From contig JBHIFL010000005.1 of NCBI GenBank assembly GCA_046761065.1, positions 1-64,000 of the forward strand: a stretch of 64,000 bases of DNA. Reading direction: 5' to 3'. Under the pieces are notes generated by a model. That model was not told the origin of the DNA, ran no database searches, and saw only the letters and a list, made by a program, of their open reading frames with translations. The translations under genes were made by a program, and so were the position numbers. Of the stretch, positions 53,193 to 64,000 are shown piece by piece. This stretch comes from Candidatus Heimdallarchaeota archaeon (GTDB lineage Archaea > Asgardarchaeota > Wukongarchaeia > Wukongarchaeales > JBHIFL01). Position 1 is the first letter of the stretch; each line of letters starts with the position of its first letter.

Positions 53193-53270
53193 TGGTGGGC
53201 CCGCGGGGCTTCGATCCCCGGACCTCACGGTTATCAGCCGTGCGCTCTAACCAAGCTGAGCTACGGGCCC
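53193..53270 (-). tRNA. tRNA-Ile(GAT), intron-less, atypical T-loop ATCGAAG
   Basis: GGGCCCG/CGGGCCC + ACCA; CACGG-CTGATAA-CCGTG; CGGGG/CCCCG. Confidence 0.95.
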
Positions 53271-53299
53271 GTATCTACAAATATAGGCGTTTTGCCTCT

Positions 53300-54124
53300 T
53301 CAAATATATAATGCTTTTGAATGTTTTACTAAGTCGAGAGTCAATAGTATGGCGTATCCCCTCAAGAAGCATTGGTATCGATGAATTACTTTCTCATTCG
53401 CATCACATAATAAGGAGGAAATACCCCCCCCATGATTTTGGTGGTCTTCCCAAATTCTATTAACTACTTTCCTGAATGCTGCCTTAAGCTCTTTATCGTT
53501 TATCTTATGAATCATCTTGGATATAACTTCACTCCATTCATTCATGGCCTCTTCTGATAAGGGAGCTCCTTCAAACTTCTTCCATTCAATGTTCTTAAAC
53601 CCTGTGAACTTCGCTGCAAACTCTAACTCTTCAGGGTATATTTCTGTGTAATGTTCCCCTTCGATAAGTTCTGCCAACGCTTTGTAGGTCTGCCATCTTT
53701 TGACTTGCACTTCTTCTTTAGAGGTTAGTGCCTTAGGCAGAGGATATTCATCATCGATTAATAGCCAGCCTCCTTTCTTTATAACTCTAAAAAATTCTGA
53801 TAATGCTTTTACCGCTTTTAGAGGGCGATCATTGATTGCACATATGGTAGCATGGCAGACGATTAGATTGATAGATCCATTCTTGATAGGTAAACAGGTG
53901 AGATCAGCAGTTACAAAGTCAACTGGCTTTGTAAGCTCACCAAGTTTTTTCTTAGCGCCAGGGAAGATTTCTGAGTCATGATCGATACTTATGATTTCAC
54001 TCCCACTGACGACTTTGAGTTTTTGAGCTAACCAGAAGGTTGTGTTAGCTGCACCAGTCCCAGCGTCCATAACAACCAAAGTTTGAAGATTTATACCTTC
54101 AAGCATAAAATCGTGGGAGCTCAC
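53300..54124 (-). CDS. Class I SAM-dependent methyltransferase; probable +1 frameshift in a G8 run near the 3' end
   Basis: MDAGTGAA, ADL..LP, RV.KKGG; with G7 the tail would read HGGVFPPYYVMRMRK*. Confidence 0.8.
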   Translation of the reverse strand: MSSHDFMLEGINLQTLVVMDAGTGAANTTFWLAQKLKVVSGSEIISIDHDSEIFPGAKKKLGELTKPVDFVTADLTCLPIKNGSINLIVCHATICAINDRPLKAVKALSEFFRVIKKGGWLLIDDEYPLPKALTSKEEVQVKRWQTYKALAELIEGEHYTEIYPEELEFAAKFTGFKNIEWKKFEGAPLSEEAMNEWSEVISKMIHKINDKELKAAFRKVVNRIWEDHQNHGGGISSLLCDANEKVIHRYQCFLRGYAILLTLDLVKHSKALYI

Positions 54125-54218
54125 AGCTATTCCCTTTAACCTACCAAGTAAATCTTTTATTAAAAATTATTTTACTATGAAGGTTCTCCAGAGTCGCCTG
54201 ATTGAAGGGGCAACCGAA

Positions 54219-55355
54219 TCAAAAACCCTCATAGACGAAGGGCGGGAGGATCAATTCGATAAGCGCTGCGAAAATCAAAAGGGCACCCGTGAGAAGGCGA
54301 ATTGCTCCCCGATGGGACTCAGTGAATGCTTGGGTTCGAGAGAGCCCAATAAAGCCCAGGGCCACTGCGCCCATGATGATAAACAGCGGCAGAATCAAAC
54401 TGATATTGAACAAGCTAAGATACAATGACCCTTGAACGGGGTGGGTGCGAATCCGATTGAGTAAGATAAGGTATAAGCCACCGATACAGGGGATTTTAAC
54501 GGATGCAAAGACGAATCCAAGCGAGAAATCATAGCCAAGATTGTCACGCTCTACCACTTGTTGAATGAGGTTCTTGAAACGATCAGGAGTGCGGAACAAG
54601 CCCCATTGTACTTTTTTATAGAAGACAACATGATAAATGCCTAATAACAACAAGATGAGGAGTAAAATGGGGCGGATTTGATTGAAAAAGGCCGCAGGGA
54701 TCTGGAAAAAGAAAAATCCTACGAGAAGGTAAAATACCAACACTCCCAAACAAACGACCCCGATTCGCATGAGGACCCGGGAACGCCCCTTAGAATTCGC
54801 GCTCCCATCGCTTATAAGGAGGGATTTGGAGATCAGGAACAAGATTAAAACAAAAAGGCATGGGTTGATTCCGGTTACTAGCCCGATCAATATCACATAA
54901 CTTGTAAAGGCAACGTTCAGGGTCTTCGGTATGAAAATCCCACTTTGAAAGCTATTGTAGGTGGCGATCAAATTTTCTTCTGAGAGATCATCATACCCCA
55001 AGACTTGGATTATCTTTCCTTTGACAAAAACTACATAGGGCGGATCCTTGCCATAGAGCTGGTCTTCGCCAACAAGAGCGGTAAGAATCTCAAAATTGTC
55101 AGAATTATCTAATGTATAAAAATGCCAAGTGGCATTTGCTTGATATTGCTCAAAAAAGGGATAAACCGTCTCATTCATCTTCCCGGACATCGCTGGATAG
55201 GAGCATAGCTCGCAGGGCATATAAAATACGTGAATCTCTAAGGGTTCTTCCTGTAAGGATTCGGAAAAAACTTTAGAAGTTGCAGATCCTGAAACACAGA
55301 AAGAAATCAACAATAAAATGAGAAAACGGTCAGGGTTGTTACGCGGCATAGACAT
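54219..55355 (-). CDS. Thioredoxin-like domain + CcdA/DsbD-type membrane domain
   Basis: CELC, GINPC, PC.G..Y; multiple TM helices. Confidence 0.75.
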   Translation of the reverse strand: MSMPRNNPDRFLILLLISFCVSGSATSKVFSESLQEEPLEIHVFYMPCELCSYPAMSGKMNETVYPFFEQYQANATWHFYTLDNSDNFEILTALVGEDQLYGKDPPYVVFVKGKIIQVLGYDDLSEENLIATYNSFQSGIFIPKTLNVAFTSYVILIGLVTGINPCLFVLILFLISKSLLISDGSANSKGRSRVLMRIGVVCLGVLVFYLLVGFFFFQIPAAFFNQIRPILLLILLLLGIYHVVFYKKVQWGLFRTPDRFKNLIQQVVERDNLGYDFSLGFVFASVKIPCIGGLYLILLNRIRTHPVQGSLYLSLFNISLILPLFIIMGAVALGFIGLSRTQAFTESHRGAIRLLTGALLIFAALIELILPPFVYEGF

Positions 55356-55760
55356 GGATCATCATACCCGGCTGGATAGATATCATTTTTGCTTTTGGGT
55401 AATGAATTTACAGAGTACAAACCCCTTTCTACTGACTCCGAAGAGAGTCACCGTGTTGGTCTAGCTCCGCCAGTAGGGTATATCCAAGTTCCGAATTAAT
55501 CCAAGAGTTTTTCTCGTTTTGATGTGTCTGTAACACAGTCCCAACGTGCTTGAGGGTCAAATTTTGACCAATCCTTCAAAATATGAATTTTGTGCGGTAG
55601 ATAGGCCTACTAACCAAAACTAGATAGAACTTCAAGTTAAAATCAAATAAAGTTTGTATTTTACCTGGAATAAAGTTTGATTGTTGAAGTATGCCACGAA
55701 GGCTGGGATGGAATTTTTATCTACGCGTGGCAGAGAACTGCGGACTGTTGGCTAATGGCT

Positions 55761-56800
55761 TCATGTAATATAACGTTCGTCGCTGAAGTATCTGTCTCCC
55801 CGATCAACCGCTACAGTAACCACATTTTTTCCAGGGCCAAGCTTTTTCGCTTCATTTATGGCCACGAAGACATTTGCTCCAGTTGACATCCCACAAAACA
55901 TGCCTTCTTCCCTAGATAATTTATACGCCATATTTCTTGCATCGTCATTGCTGACAAAGACGACATCATCAATTAGCATACTTTCTCTTATTTGTTCTAT
56001 AATTCCCCCTGTAATTCCTGGGACGAACTTTGCTTCTGGGGAAAGAGGATCTATCCATCCGGGCCATCCTCCGGGTTCAGCGGCAATACATTTCACATGA
56101 TGAATCTTATCTTTTAACACCTGGGCGACACCCAGGAAGTTCCCTCCGGTCCCTATAGAGGACACGTAGACGTCAATATTACCGCTGGTTTGTTCCAAGA
56201 TCTCTCGACCCAAGTCATTATGTGCAAGGACATTACTGGGATTACTAAACTGGCGGGCCCACCACATATCAGGATTTTTTTCCTCCATCTCCTTACACTT
56301 GACCCTCCCAGGAATCTCAACTCTCGCGCCATGAACCCCCGCTTTACGTGCAACTTCCGTCTCAACTAACAGTACCATTTCGATATCTGCTCCAAAACGA
56401 GATAGTATCTTTTTCTTTTCCTCTTTCCACACCTCATCTGGAGCATATATTCTTACTTTATATCCTTTTACCCCACCAACAAAAGCCAAAGCAATAGCAG
56501 TATTGCCTGAGCTAGACTCGACTACGGTGTACCCTGGCTTAAGGCGACCAGCTTTTGTCGCATCTTCAAACATCCGGAGGGCCATCCTATCCTTGTAACT
56601 GCCGCTCGGATTGAGAAACTCCAACTTCACTAGGACATTTACTTCGATTCCTTCAGTTACTTTATGGAGTCGCAATATGGGGGTGTGCCCAATGAGTTCA
56701 AGAAGGGTTTTACAGTATTCTATGATCTTATCAATGGTTTCTTTGGTCGCAATATGGGGGTGTGCCCAATGAGTTCAAGAAGGCTATCCACAACTTTCAT
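55761..56800 (-). pseudogene. Cysteine synthase-family PLP enzyme; 5' end disrupted by a 77-bp duplication-insertion (a downstream TTG start at 56675 is possible)
   Basis: KLEFLNPSGSYKDR, ESSSGNT, GTGG, GMSTGA. Confidence 0.75.
56669..56783. repeat. Perfect 38-bp direct repeat flanking a 39-bp insert
   Basis: GTCGCAATATGGGGGTGTGCCCAATGAGTTCAAGAAGG at 56669-56706 and 56746-56783. Confidence 0.9.
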
Positions 56801-57204
56801 TCTATCCACCGGTTTCATTTGTATCTAATCTCCCTAATTAAAAATTAATGATTTATTCAGCTGTACTCTGAAAAGCAATTTGGTAGGCGATTCGCTCCCA
56901 GGAGTTTTCTTCTTGAGAGCTTTTGTATGATTCGGTTTTGGGGGGAAGTTGAACCCAAATCAGCCTGATATTAGGTTAGAATGGTTTTTAATCATTCAAT
57001 CTGACCAAACAAACACCTTGTAGCCATTGCCGCATATGTCTATTATGAGCTGATAACTTCAATAGGAATTGGCTTTAACTAGAAATTGGTTTCAATCAAT
57101 TGAAACCAGAAATCCGTAACCTACCTGATAGATTTGTTATTCACAATAAATGCGCTTGTGAGGAAGCCAAAAAAGATCTTTGCTGTAGTATGTCTTAGAG
57201 CATT

Positions 57205-58480
57205 TTATAATAGATAATTATAGACGTTCTTCAATACTGCAGAAAGTTCCTGCATATCTGGTTTTATTATGGGGACCTCAGGAAGTATTTTCCTCGTCAC
57301 ATCTGGATCTTTCAACCCACCGGAGGTCACAATAGCAATCACAACCTCATCTTGGTCTATTTTTCCTTGTTCAACGAGTTTCTTGATCACAGCTAAAGAA
57401 GCTACGGAAGAGACTTCGGCATATATTCCTTCTCGCCCAAGTTTTTTTTGCATACTAAGAATTTCTTGATCCGTGACAGTTTCAGCAAATCCCCCCGATT
57501 CAGTGATCGTCTTTAAGCCATGAAAAGAGCTAATATTACCTGCAATGGAGACTGCCACACTCGGTTCTAACTCTACGGGTTCGGGAAATTGGATTTGCTT
57601 TTCCAAAGCATTTTTCAGAGGCCCAAAACGCTCTGCAGCAATGATTTTTGGAGTAGAATCAATAAAATCTAGCTTATAGAACTCGTTGAACCCCTGCCAG
57701 ACTCCAGTTATCCCATTCGCGTAACCTGTTGGTTCAACAATCAGATCAGGGGATTTCCAGTCAAGTTGCTCGCACATTTCAAAAGCCATCGTTTTGTAGC
57801 CATCAATCCCATAAGGATTAGCACCGACCATAAGTGGGGCGGCATAGTCTCCAACAAGGGCCCATCCAAATTTTTCTATGCATTCATTCATTATTTGCCA
57901 ACGTTCTGGGTAAGTTTCAGTGGCTACGAGTTTCCCATTGAAGATTTGCATCAACGTCTTCATGGTTTGAGGGACATGAGCGATTGGTGAAAATAACGCA
58001 ATCCATCCCAGCTCTTGCCGCGTATGCAGCGGCAGAAGCGCCGTGATTGCCAGTTGATGAGATGGTGGAAACTTTGAACCCGAACTCTTTGGCCTTTGAT
58101 GTTAAGCTGGAGCATAGACGATCTTTGAATGACCAAGTGGGATTCTTCGACTCGTCTTTGACATAAAGATGTTTAAGGTTTAATTCACTTCCTAGCCTTT
58201 CCAATTTAATTAGTGGGGTCATTCCTTCTCCTAGAGTAACGATGTCTTCTTTCTTCTTGACCGGAAGGAGTTCCCAGTATTTCCACATCGTAGGGACTCT
58301 ACCAGTGAAAGTCTTCCTAGTCAATTTTTTGGAGATTTTTTGAAGATCGTAGACTGTAGATAGATTGGAAACAAAAGTGTCCGTTTTGCATTGTGGACAT
58401 CCTTTGAACATCCATTCTGGGGGATATTCCTTTTCGCAATTAAGGCACTTAAGGTTTGTAGGTTCACTTAAAGAATCCAT
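57205..58480 (-). pseudogene. Threonine synthase-like PLP enzyme, frameshifted near 57980
   Basis: TLGEG.TPL, KDE..NPTWSFKDR, STGNHGAS; second frame NPY..DGYKT, GGLKD. Confidence 0.85.
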
Positions 58481-58521
58481 TTGCCTTATCCCTCTAAATA
58501 TTCCTATATTGCGTGAGCAAG

Positions 58522-59589
58522 CTAGACAACATAGATTTCGTTTGGATACTCACCTAGATATCTATCTCTCCTATCAACAATGACGGTGACAACATTTTGG
58601 CCATCTTTCATTCTTTCAGCTACCTTCAATGCTGCGGTAACATTTGCGCCTGAGGACATACCACACCAAATCCCCTCTTCCCTAGCCAGCCTATTTGCCA
58701 TATCTCTTGCGTCTTTGTCGCTGACTCGGAACAATTCATCTGGATAACCTATTTTTAACATCTCTTCTACAATTGATTTTTCTGTCTGCCATTTTTTCAA
58801 GTCCATTAACTCTACAATTTTCTGCTTTGCACTAGATAACCTGAACTCTCCTTTCTTCGTCTCTCCCTTATCAAGCTCAAGATATACTTCGCTTGTAGAG
58901 GGAACTACTCCGAACACCCATGGTTGTTCCCCATTTTCTTTTAACGCGTTTGCAACTCCGAGAAGTGTTCCTCCCGAGCCGATAGAGCATCCCCAGGCAT
59001 CTATTTTCCCCTCTAGTTGATTATATATCTCATCCCCCATTTTCATTTGTCCAATATAGTTATATTTGTTATATATCTGATCCACCCATACGGCATCCGG
59101 ATTGCTTTTTTCTAACTCTTCCATATATTTTTTTCCCGCTATGACCCAGCTAAGGTTTTTCTCATCTTCCGAAAGCTTCCTCCAAACGTTTTCAGAAAAA
59201 TACTCAGTTGGATGAGGGCACTCAAAAACATCAGCGCCATAAATTCGGGTAATCTTTAACCTAATATCGTCTTTGCGAACCATGGGCTTATATATACCTA
59301 TTTTCGATTTTAATCCCTTTACTCCGCAAACAAATGCCAAGGCAGGTGCCGTATTCCCTGAAGAAGCATCACACACAATGCCCCCAGGTTTCAACTTCTT
59401 GCGGTTCCAAGTAAGACCCTGCTCCGCCGCCTCAACCATTGCAAGAGCCATTCTATCCTTATAACTTCCACTAGGATTCATTAATTCGAGTTTAACAAAC
59501 ACACTTGCCTCCAAATCTTTAGCGACCTTATTCAACTTTAATAGAGACGTATTTCCTATCAGTTGCAACATTTTATTGGCATATCTCAT
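58522..59589 (-). CDS. Cysteine synthase-family PLP enzyme
   Basis: KLELMNPSGSYKDR, ASSGNT, GSGGT, GMSSGA. Confidence 0.88.
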   Translation of the reverse strand: MRYANKMLQLIGNTSLLKLNKVAKDLEASVFVKLELMNPSGSYKDRMALAMVEAAEQGLTWNRKKLKPGGIVCDASSGNTAPALAFVCGVKGLKSKIGIYKPMVRKDDIRLKITRIYGADVFECPHPTEYFSENVWRKLSEDEKNLSWVIAGKKYMEELEKSNPDAVWVDQIYNKYNYIGQMKMGDEIYNQLEGKIDAWGCSIGSGGTLLGVANALKENGEQPWVFGVVPSTSEVYLELDKGETKKGEFRLSSAKQKIVELMDLKKWQTEKSIVEEMLKIGYPDELFRVSDKDARDMANRLAREEGIWCGMSSGANVTAALKVAERMKDGQNVVTVIVDRRDRYLGEYPNEIYVV

Positions 59590-60187
59590 TGAAATTCCCC
59601 CTTTTCGTTTTAGATCCTTTTTTTTAAAACTTTTCGCCGCATATCAAAGTGTCAATTGGGCTTTGAGATATCATAACATAACGAGAGGCAGCTACATTTA
59701 GGAAGAGATGCGATCAAATTTCTTTGGAGAGGTCATCTTACATAAAGAATTTAATCATCTCTCCTTTGACAAAAACATCATAAAGAGATTCTTTCCATAG
59801 AGCTGGCATAGCCGAGGATCATCAATATGGCTTATCTTCTTAAGTAGGCGGCTAGATAGATATTCTTATTGTTTACGGGTGACGAATTTATAAAGGACAA
59901 ACCGCTTTGACATTATGCTCAGCATGGAATCCGGCTTTAGCTGTAAATATCTTTAAACTTCCTAGCGAAGAGAAGGGATCAGAAGCCCCGGAGTCGCAAG
60001 GGTAAATTTGTGAGAAGTATCCTCCATCATTAGAACACCATGCACCTATACTTAATTAACTTCTATATAAAAAATCTAATATTTGAAAGTTACAAGTTAC
60101 CCTTATTTTATAAAATATAATGAGACGAAAATTTTATATACGAATAATTATCTCTCTCCACAAAATTGAAAAAATGAGGCTTTTCTT

Positions 60188-60601
60188 TTGATAGCTCGAG
60201 AAAAACTAAAAAGAATCCTAGTATTGAGTATGTTGCTTGCTCCAGGTGCCATCGTCGGTGTTTACTTTATGTTCCCTCCTTTAGATCAATTAGTGACTGA
60301 TACTGATGAGCATTTGGGCGTGGCCCATGCCTCTTCGTTGCAGGGTTTTACAGATTGTGCATCCTGTCACACTGAGCCGATAACTGTAAATTGTGCGGAC
60401 TGCCATACTTCGCCACCTACGACAGTCGATAATAATATTTCCTTCCCACACCACAATCCGGAACCAGGTGGACCAATTGATAACTGTCAACATAGTAAAT
60501 GTCATGACGGGGGCACTGATGCTCGGTTTGTCGTGGAGTTAGAAGCAGACCATACCTATTGTGGTGGCTGCCATGGTTTTGAGCATGGCTCGCCGCCGTA
60601 G
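60188..60601 (+). CDS. Membrane-anchored multiheme cytochrome c
   Basis: N-terminal TM helix; CASCH, CADCH, CQHSKCH (CX4CH), CGGCH. Confidence 0.85.
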   Translation: MIAREKLKRILVLSMLLAPGAIVGVYFMFPPLDQLVTDTDEHLGVAHASSLQGFTDCASCHTEPITVNCADCHTSPPTTVDNNISFPHHNPEPGGPIDNCQHSKCHDGGTDARFVVELEADHTYCGGCHGFEHGSPP

Positions 60602-61138
60602 GGGCACTTTATTATTGTATGGATATATTTCATATTTCGGTAAGGATTGAAAAGGTTTACCTAACTCTGGGCTAACTCAATCAAGAGTCTGATAACACTC
60701 CTAATTTTAAAAACCCAAGTATGAGGAGTTCTTGTCAAGAGTAAAAGTGTATAAACTCTTCTCAACATCGCTTGTGGGTACAGCCGAAACCACAACAGTA
60801 ACAATCGAGCATTTGTTCCAAGTTTCGCATCCTAGGTCTTGCGGTTTTACTCTTAGAAGTTCAGAGATCTAAAAATTACCCTCTTGTGTTGCAAAAACAC
60901 CCTTTTCTCCTTTATTTGTGTAGTGGACGTTAAGTCTTTTGAGTAGAGCAGATTATGTGAGAATTGACTGGCGAGAACGGATATTTACAGTGAAAGAACC
61001 TTCGAGGTGTGTTATTGTAAGCGATAAGACAGAAATACAAGCTAATTTTGTACCACATTCTTTATTTCTAATTCCTCCGTTATATTAATTTGAGTTATTA
61101 ATCCATCAAGCGGTTAGGATTAAGATGGAGCGATTGAC

Positions 61139-61624
61139 ATGAAGGATCTATTGGCACGATTAGGTAAATATCAGATTTGGGCGAATGATAAGTATCGCGA
61201 GATAATTTCGAACATTAGTGAGGAAGAATGGGAAAAAGATTTGGGAAAACCCATTACAAATGTTAAGAGTATCTGTACTCACATTGTTTCAGCTATAGAG
61301 CGATGCCTTACCATCATGAACCAAGAAAGAGATCTCGAACGAGAAGATATCACCCCCCTCTGGAAACTAAGCAAGGGGGACCTTTTGGAAAAATGGAGAC
61401 TGAACGATTATACTCTGCACAAATTACTGGAAACCAAGGCTGAAGGGAAAGTAATATTTAAGGAAATGAGCTTCATAGAAGCTGAGGATTTCCTGTTCCA
61501 ATATATAAATCATTCAAGTTATCACCGAGGACAACTTGTGATCGCTCTCCGTCTGCTTGAGAAAGAAGCTACCAACACGGATTACTTGTTTTACCTTCAT
61601 TACTTGCATGAAAAACTGGATTAA
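61139..61624 (+). CDS. DinB family protein
   Basis: Y..WAN, H, NHSSYHRGQ. Confidence 0.9.
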   Translation: MKDLLARLGKYQIWANDKYREIISNISEEEWEKDLGKPITNVKSICTHIVSAIERCLTIMNQERDLEREDITPLWKLSKGDLLEKWRLNDYTLHKLLETKAEGKVIFKEMSFIEAEDFLFQYINHSSYHRGQLVIALRLLEKEATNTDYLFYLHYLHEKLD

Positions 61625-61906
61625 TCTTAATACCTCAGTATTTCAATTTGTCATATCACAACTGAAGAGGTCTACACTGATTAGCTCACCCTATCCAGAT
61701 TCTTGTTTTTTGAAAAAATTAATTCCTACAAACAATAGTAACTCCCACGAAAAAGTTTCACTTAAGAGAAACCAAAATGCTCTATGTTTTTAATGCAATT
61801 CGAAAGAATTAGCTAAAAGAAATTTAAAAAAATGACAGTTTAAAACAAAAGCATTAAACATGAAGTTATAGGTCCAACCTTCAACCAAAAGGACAAACCA
61901 GTTACG

Positions 61907-63592
61907 GTGATCATGACTATGCCACACTATAAACCAGAGCGGGTTATCCTTTTATTGGTTTGTTTGATGAGTACATTGTTTTTGTTTGAAGGAACTTTGG
62001 GTATTCAGGGGAAGGAGTGTCTAATTCGAGTTTCGGGTCTTCAAACCCCACCAGTATTACAAGATGGAACCCTTCTACACGAATATTTTCCTGTTATACT
62101 CCGTGGTTCCAATGTCCCCCAGTTGGAGGGATTATGGGACAATAACATTCGTGTTGCATTCTATAAAGAGGGATGGCATCTAGAATCATTCCAAATAGAC
62201 GAACGGGATCCCAACCAAAGCGACCTATTTAAACAAGGAGGTTTCGTGGCTACAGAACCGGGACATCCCCACCGGACGGAGGATACATCCGATCAAACAA
62301 ACCAATTGGGGAAAGATGATGAACTCGTCTTCTATGCGCGCCAAGGAGACAGAGTTTCTGAGGGGAACTGGTGGAACCCCGCATATTCGAACCGGATGGA
62401 AATCGAGATTCATGAACCCTCCGAGACAGGGAATGGGACCGCATGGATGTACATCTACTATGACACCCAAGATCACGGGCGGTGGCAGGAAGATCCAACC
62501 TATTATGATTACACCACGTGGTCTGGAAAGTCGAATGACTGGTACACGATTGAAACCGATTTGTTCCTCAGTAGTTTGCAGGATAAGAACCCGGGTCTCC
62601 AAGACCGCTTACAGCTTGCTTTTTCGAGCGAAAATAAGGGGGTAGATTTGATAGAAGAAGGCGTGAAAAAGTATACCGAAGTGTACGTGGATCTCCCGAG
62701 GGAAATTGGGGCTATACGAGCTCATGTTCGGGAAGGGCATTGGAACGATACGTATTTCGATGATATTGTAGATAACATAGGCTATGGTGGATCTCGAACC
62801 CAACAAAACTCTGCAGATGGGGTGGCGTGCATTGATGGGCCGGTTCGTGCAATCTATTTTTCCAGACACTATTACAGCTACACGATCCTGGGATTACCCA
62901 CTGTGGAGCTTGAAGTTGAGAATTGGAGTGCGGCTTATTTGATGGGCAGCTTCAATGGCCCGATCCCTGCTACTAACAAAATTGGTCCCGTAAGCTATAT
63001 CGAAGAGATCACCACCGCTTCGTTCTCCGAAGTGGAAGAAATAAAATTTATGGATGAAACGGGGAAGCGGGGAATCATCGATGGAAACCCCCTCAATGAC
63101 GGGTTTACATCTTGTCTTAACCCTCCAAGCCATTGGGGCTTTTATTACGGCTCTCACGGGAGTATTTGGGTTGCGATGCCCTACGATTCTTTTGTGATCC
63201 ATGGAGGGGAAGCAAACCTCTATTGGGCAGACTCCGGGAAATGGCACCTTGGCGAAGCAGGCCAATTCATAAGAATAACTCCCGGAAACTCAACATGGTG
63301 GACGACTCCGATTTGGTCTTTTGTTGGGGAACCCATTCTGTCAGACACCGTTGCCCAGACTAAAGCATACGAATATTATGTGCTCTACAAAAACTGGCTC
63401 AAAACAGGGAACTTCTTTCAAATCAGTTGGGATTTGGCTCCTTTGGAACCTCATAGCTGGAATGAAACACTCCCACCCCTTGAACTGCCCTACACGAGGA
63501 CCATTCTAAAGTGGGCTCCCTTGCTGGTTCTTGTTGTTCTAACCGGGCTAATTCTCATATGGAAGCGAAAATGGATACGCTTCAAATTTTAG
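61907..63592 (+). CDS. Exported, C-terminally anchored hypothetical protein
   Basis: Signal-like N-terminus, FQIDE...DDELVF, C-terminal TM helix + basic tail. Confidence 0.75.
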   Translation: MIMTMPHYKPERVILLLVCLMSTLFLFEGTLGIQGKECLIRVSGLQTPPVLQDGTLLHEYFPVILRGSNVPQLEGLWDNNIRVAFYKEGWHLESFQIDERDPNQSDLFKQGGFVATEPGHPHRTEDTSDQTNQLGKDDELVFYARQGDRVSEGNWWNPAYSNRMEIEIHEPSETGNGTAWMYIYYDTQDHGRWQEDPTYYDYTTWSGKSNDWYTIETDLFLSSLQDKNPGLQDRLQLAFSSENKGVDLIEEGVKKYTEVYVDLPREIGAIRAHVREGHWNDTYFDDIVDNIGYGGSRTQQNSADGVACIDGPVRAIYFSRHYYSYTILGLPTVELEVENWSAAYLMGSFNGPIPATNKIGPVSYIEEITTASFSEVEEIKFMDETGKRGIIDGNPLNDGFTSCLNPPSHWGFYYGSHGSIWVAMPYDSFVIHGGEANLYWADSGKWHLGEAGQFIRITPGNSTWWTTPIWSFVGEPILSDTVAQTKAYEYYVLYKNWLKTGNFFQISWDLAPLEPHSWNETLPPLELPYTRTILKWAPLLVLVVLTGLILIWKRKWIRFKF

Positions 63593-63835
63593 CACTACAC
63601 AGGATTAATTATATTAGATAGACACAGTAAAATCCAGGGTTTGATTCGATGTTCACTACATTTATAATCCAAAAACACTAGGAAATGACCCTGCGGTTTG
63701 TCAAGGTAATGATACTGGTTGTAGGTTGGAAATAAGGGAGCACTAAGGTTAGTATCGGTCTTTGCCACTTGTTAAATATTTCTGAAATTTTTGGAGTCAA
63801 TTATTTTACATCATCCTTGCTACATCACATTGAGA

Positions 63836-64000
63836 TTAATTTCTTCGATTTGCATGATAGATGGACTGAAAAAGGCGATCACACTGATTATCGCCATAGC
63901 CAATCCACCAATTAAGAACCAAAATTGAACACCTAAGACATCTGCTATAGGTCCCGCCATAGCCAACCCTATTGGCGTCATTGCTGCACTACTACTCGCC
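63836..64000 (-). CDS. MFS transporter C-terminus (partial)
   Basis: AMTPIGLAMAGPIADVLGVQFWFLIGG...SIMQIEEN*. Confidence 0.75.

Noticed and set aside
53024-53270. Ile-Ala pair as an rRNA operon spacer
   Set aside because: No rRNA sequence flanks it, and the Ala anticodon is CGC rather than TGC
56669-56783. Mini CRISPR array
   Set aside because: The repeat is the gene's own coding sequence and there is no leader; kept only as a possible ectopic integration

Overview
Archaeal DNA, most likely from an Asgard archaeon (eukaryote-like actin at 20193-21332, a Roadblock/LC7 protein, translin, Tyw1, Dph5, Trm5, FEN1). The window has three zones. (1) 1-26.2 kb is an accessory toxin-antitoxin/defence island. 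Its first 17 kb is punctuated by six same-orientation, diverged copies of one metallophosphoesterase gene. The copies all end at the same stop codon but have different 5' ends, and each is followed by a different cargo block (Doc, AbiE, MazF remnant, PIN/VapC pairs, Schlafen-AlbA/RecG-like, AAA_14 ATPase, JAB-domain protein). No integrase is visible. (2) 35-44.7 kb is a housekeeping cluster. (3) The rest is accessory metabolic genes, several of them disrupted. Seven tRNA genes were reconstructed by hand, and six of them carry 16 intervening sequences in total, most with bulge-helix-bulge (BHB) motifs. They include a tRNA-Trp with four intervening sequences (one a box C/D guide intron) and a tRNA-Lys with an intron at position 9/10. 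All six interrupted tRNAs have a 59/60 intron. There are several IS200/IS605 (tnpB) right-end remnants and no CRISPR array or rRNA. All calls come from motif reading and manual base-pairing; no database searches were run.
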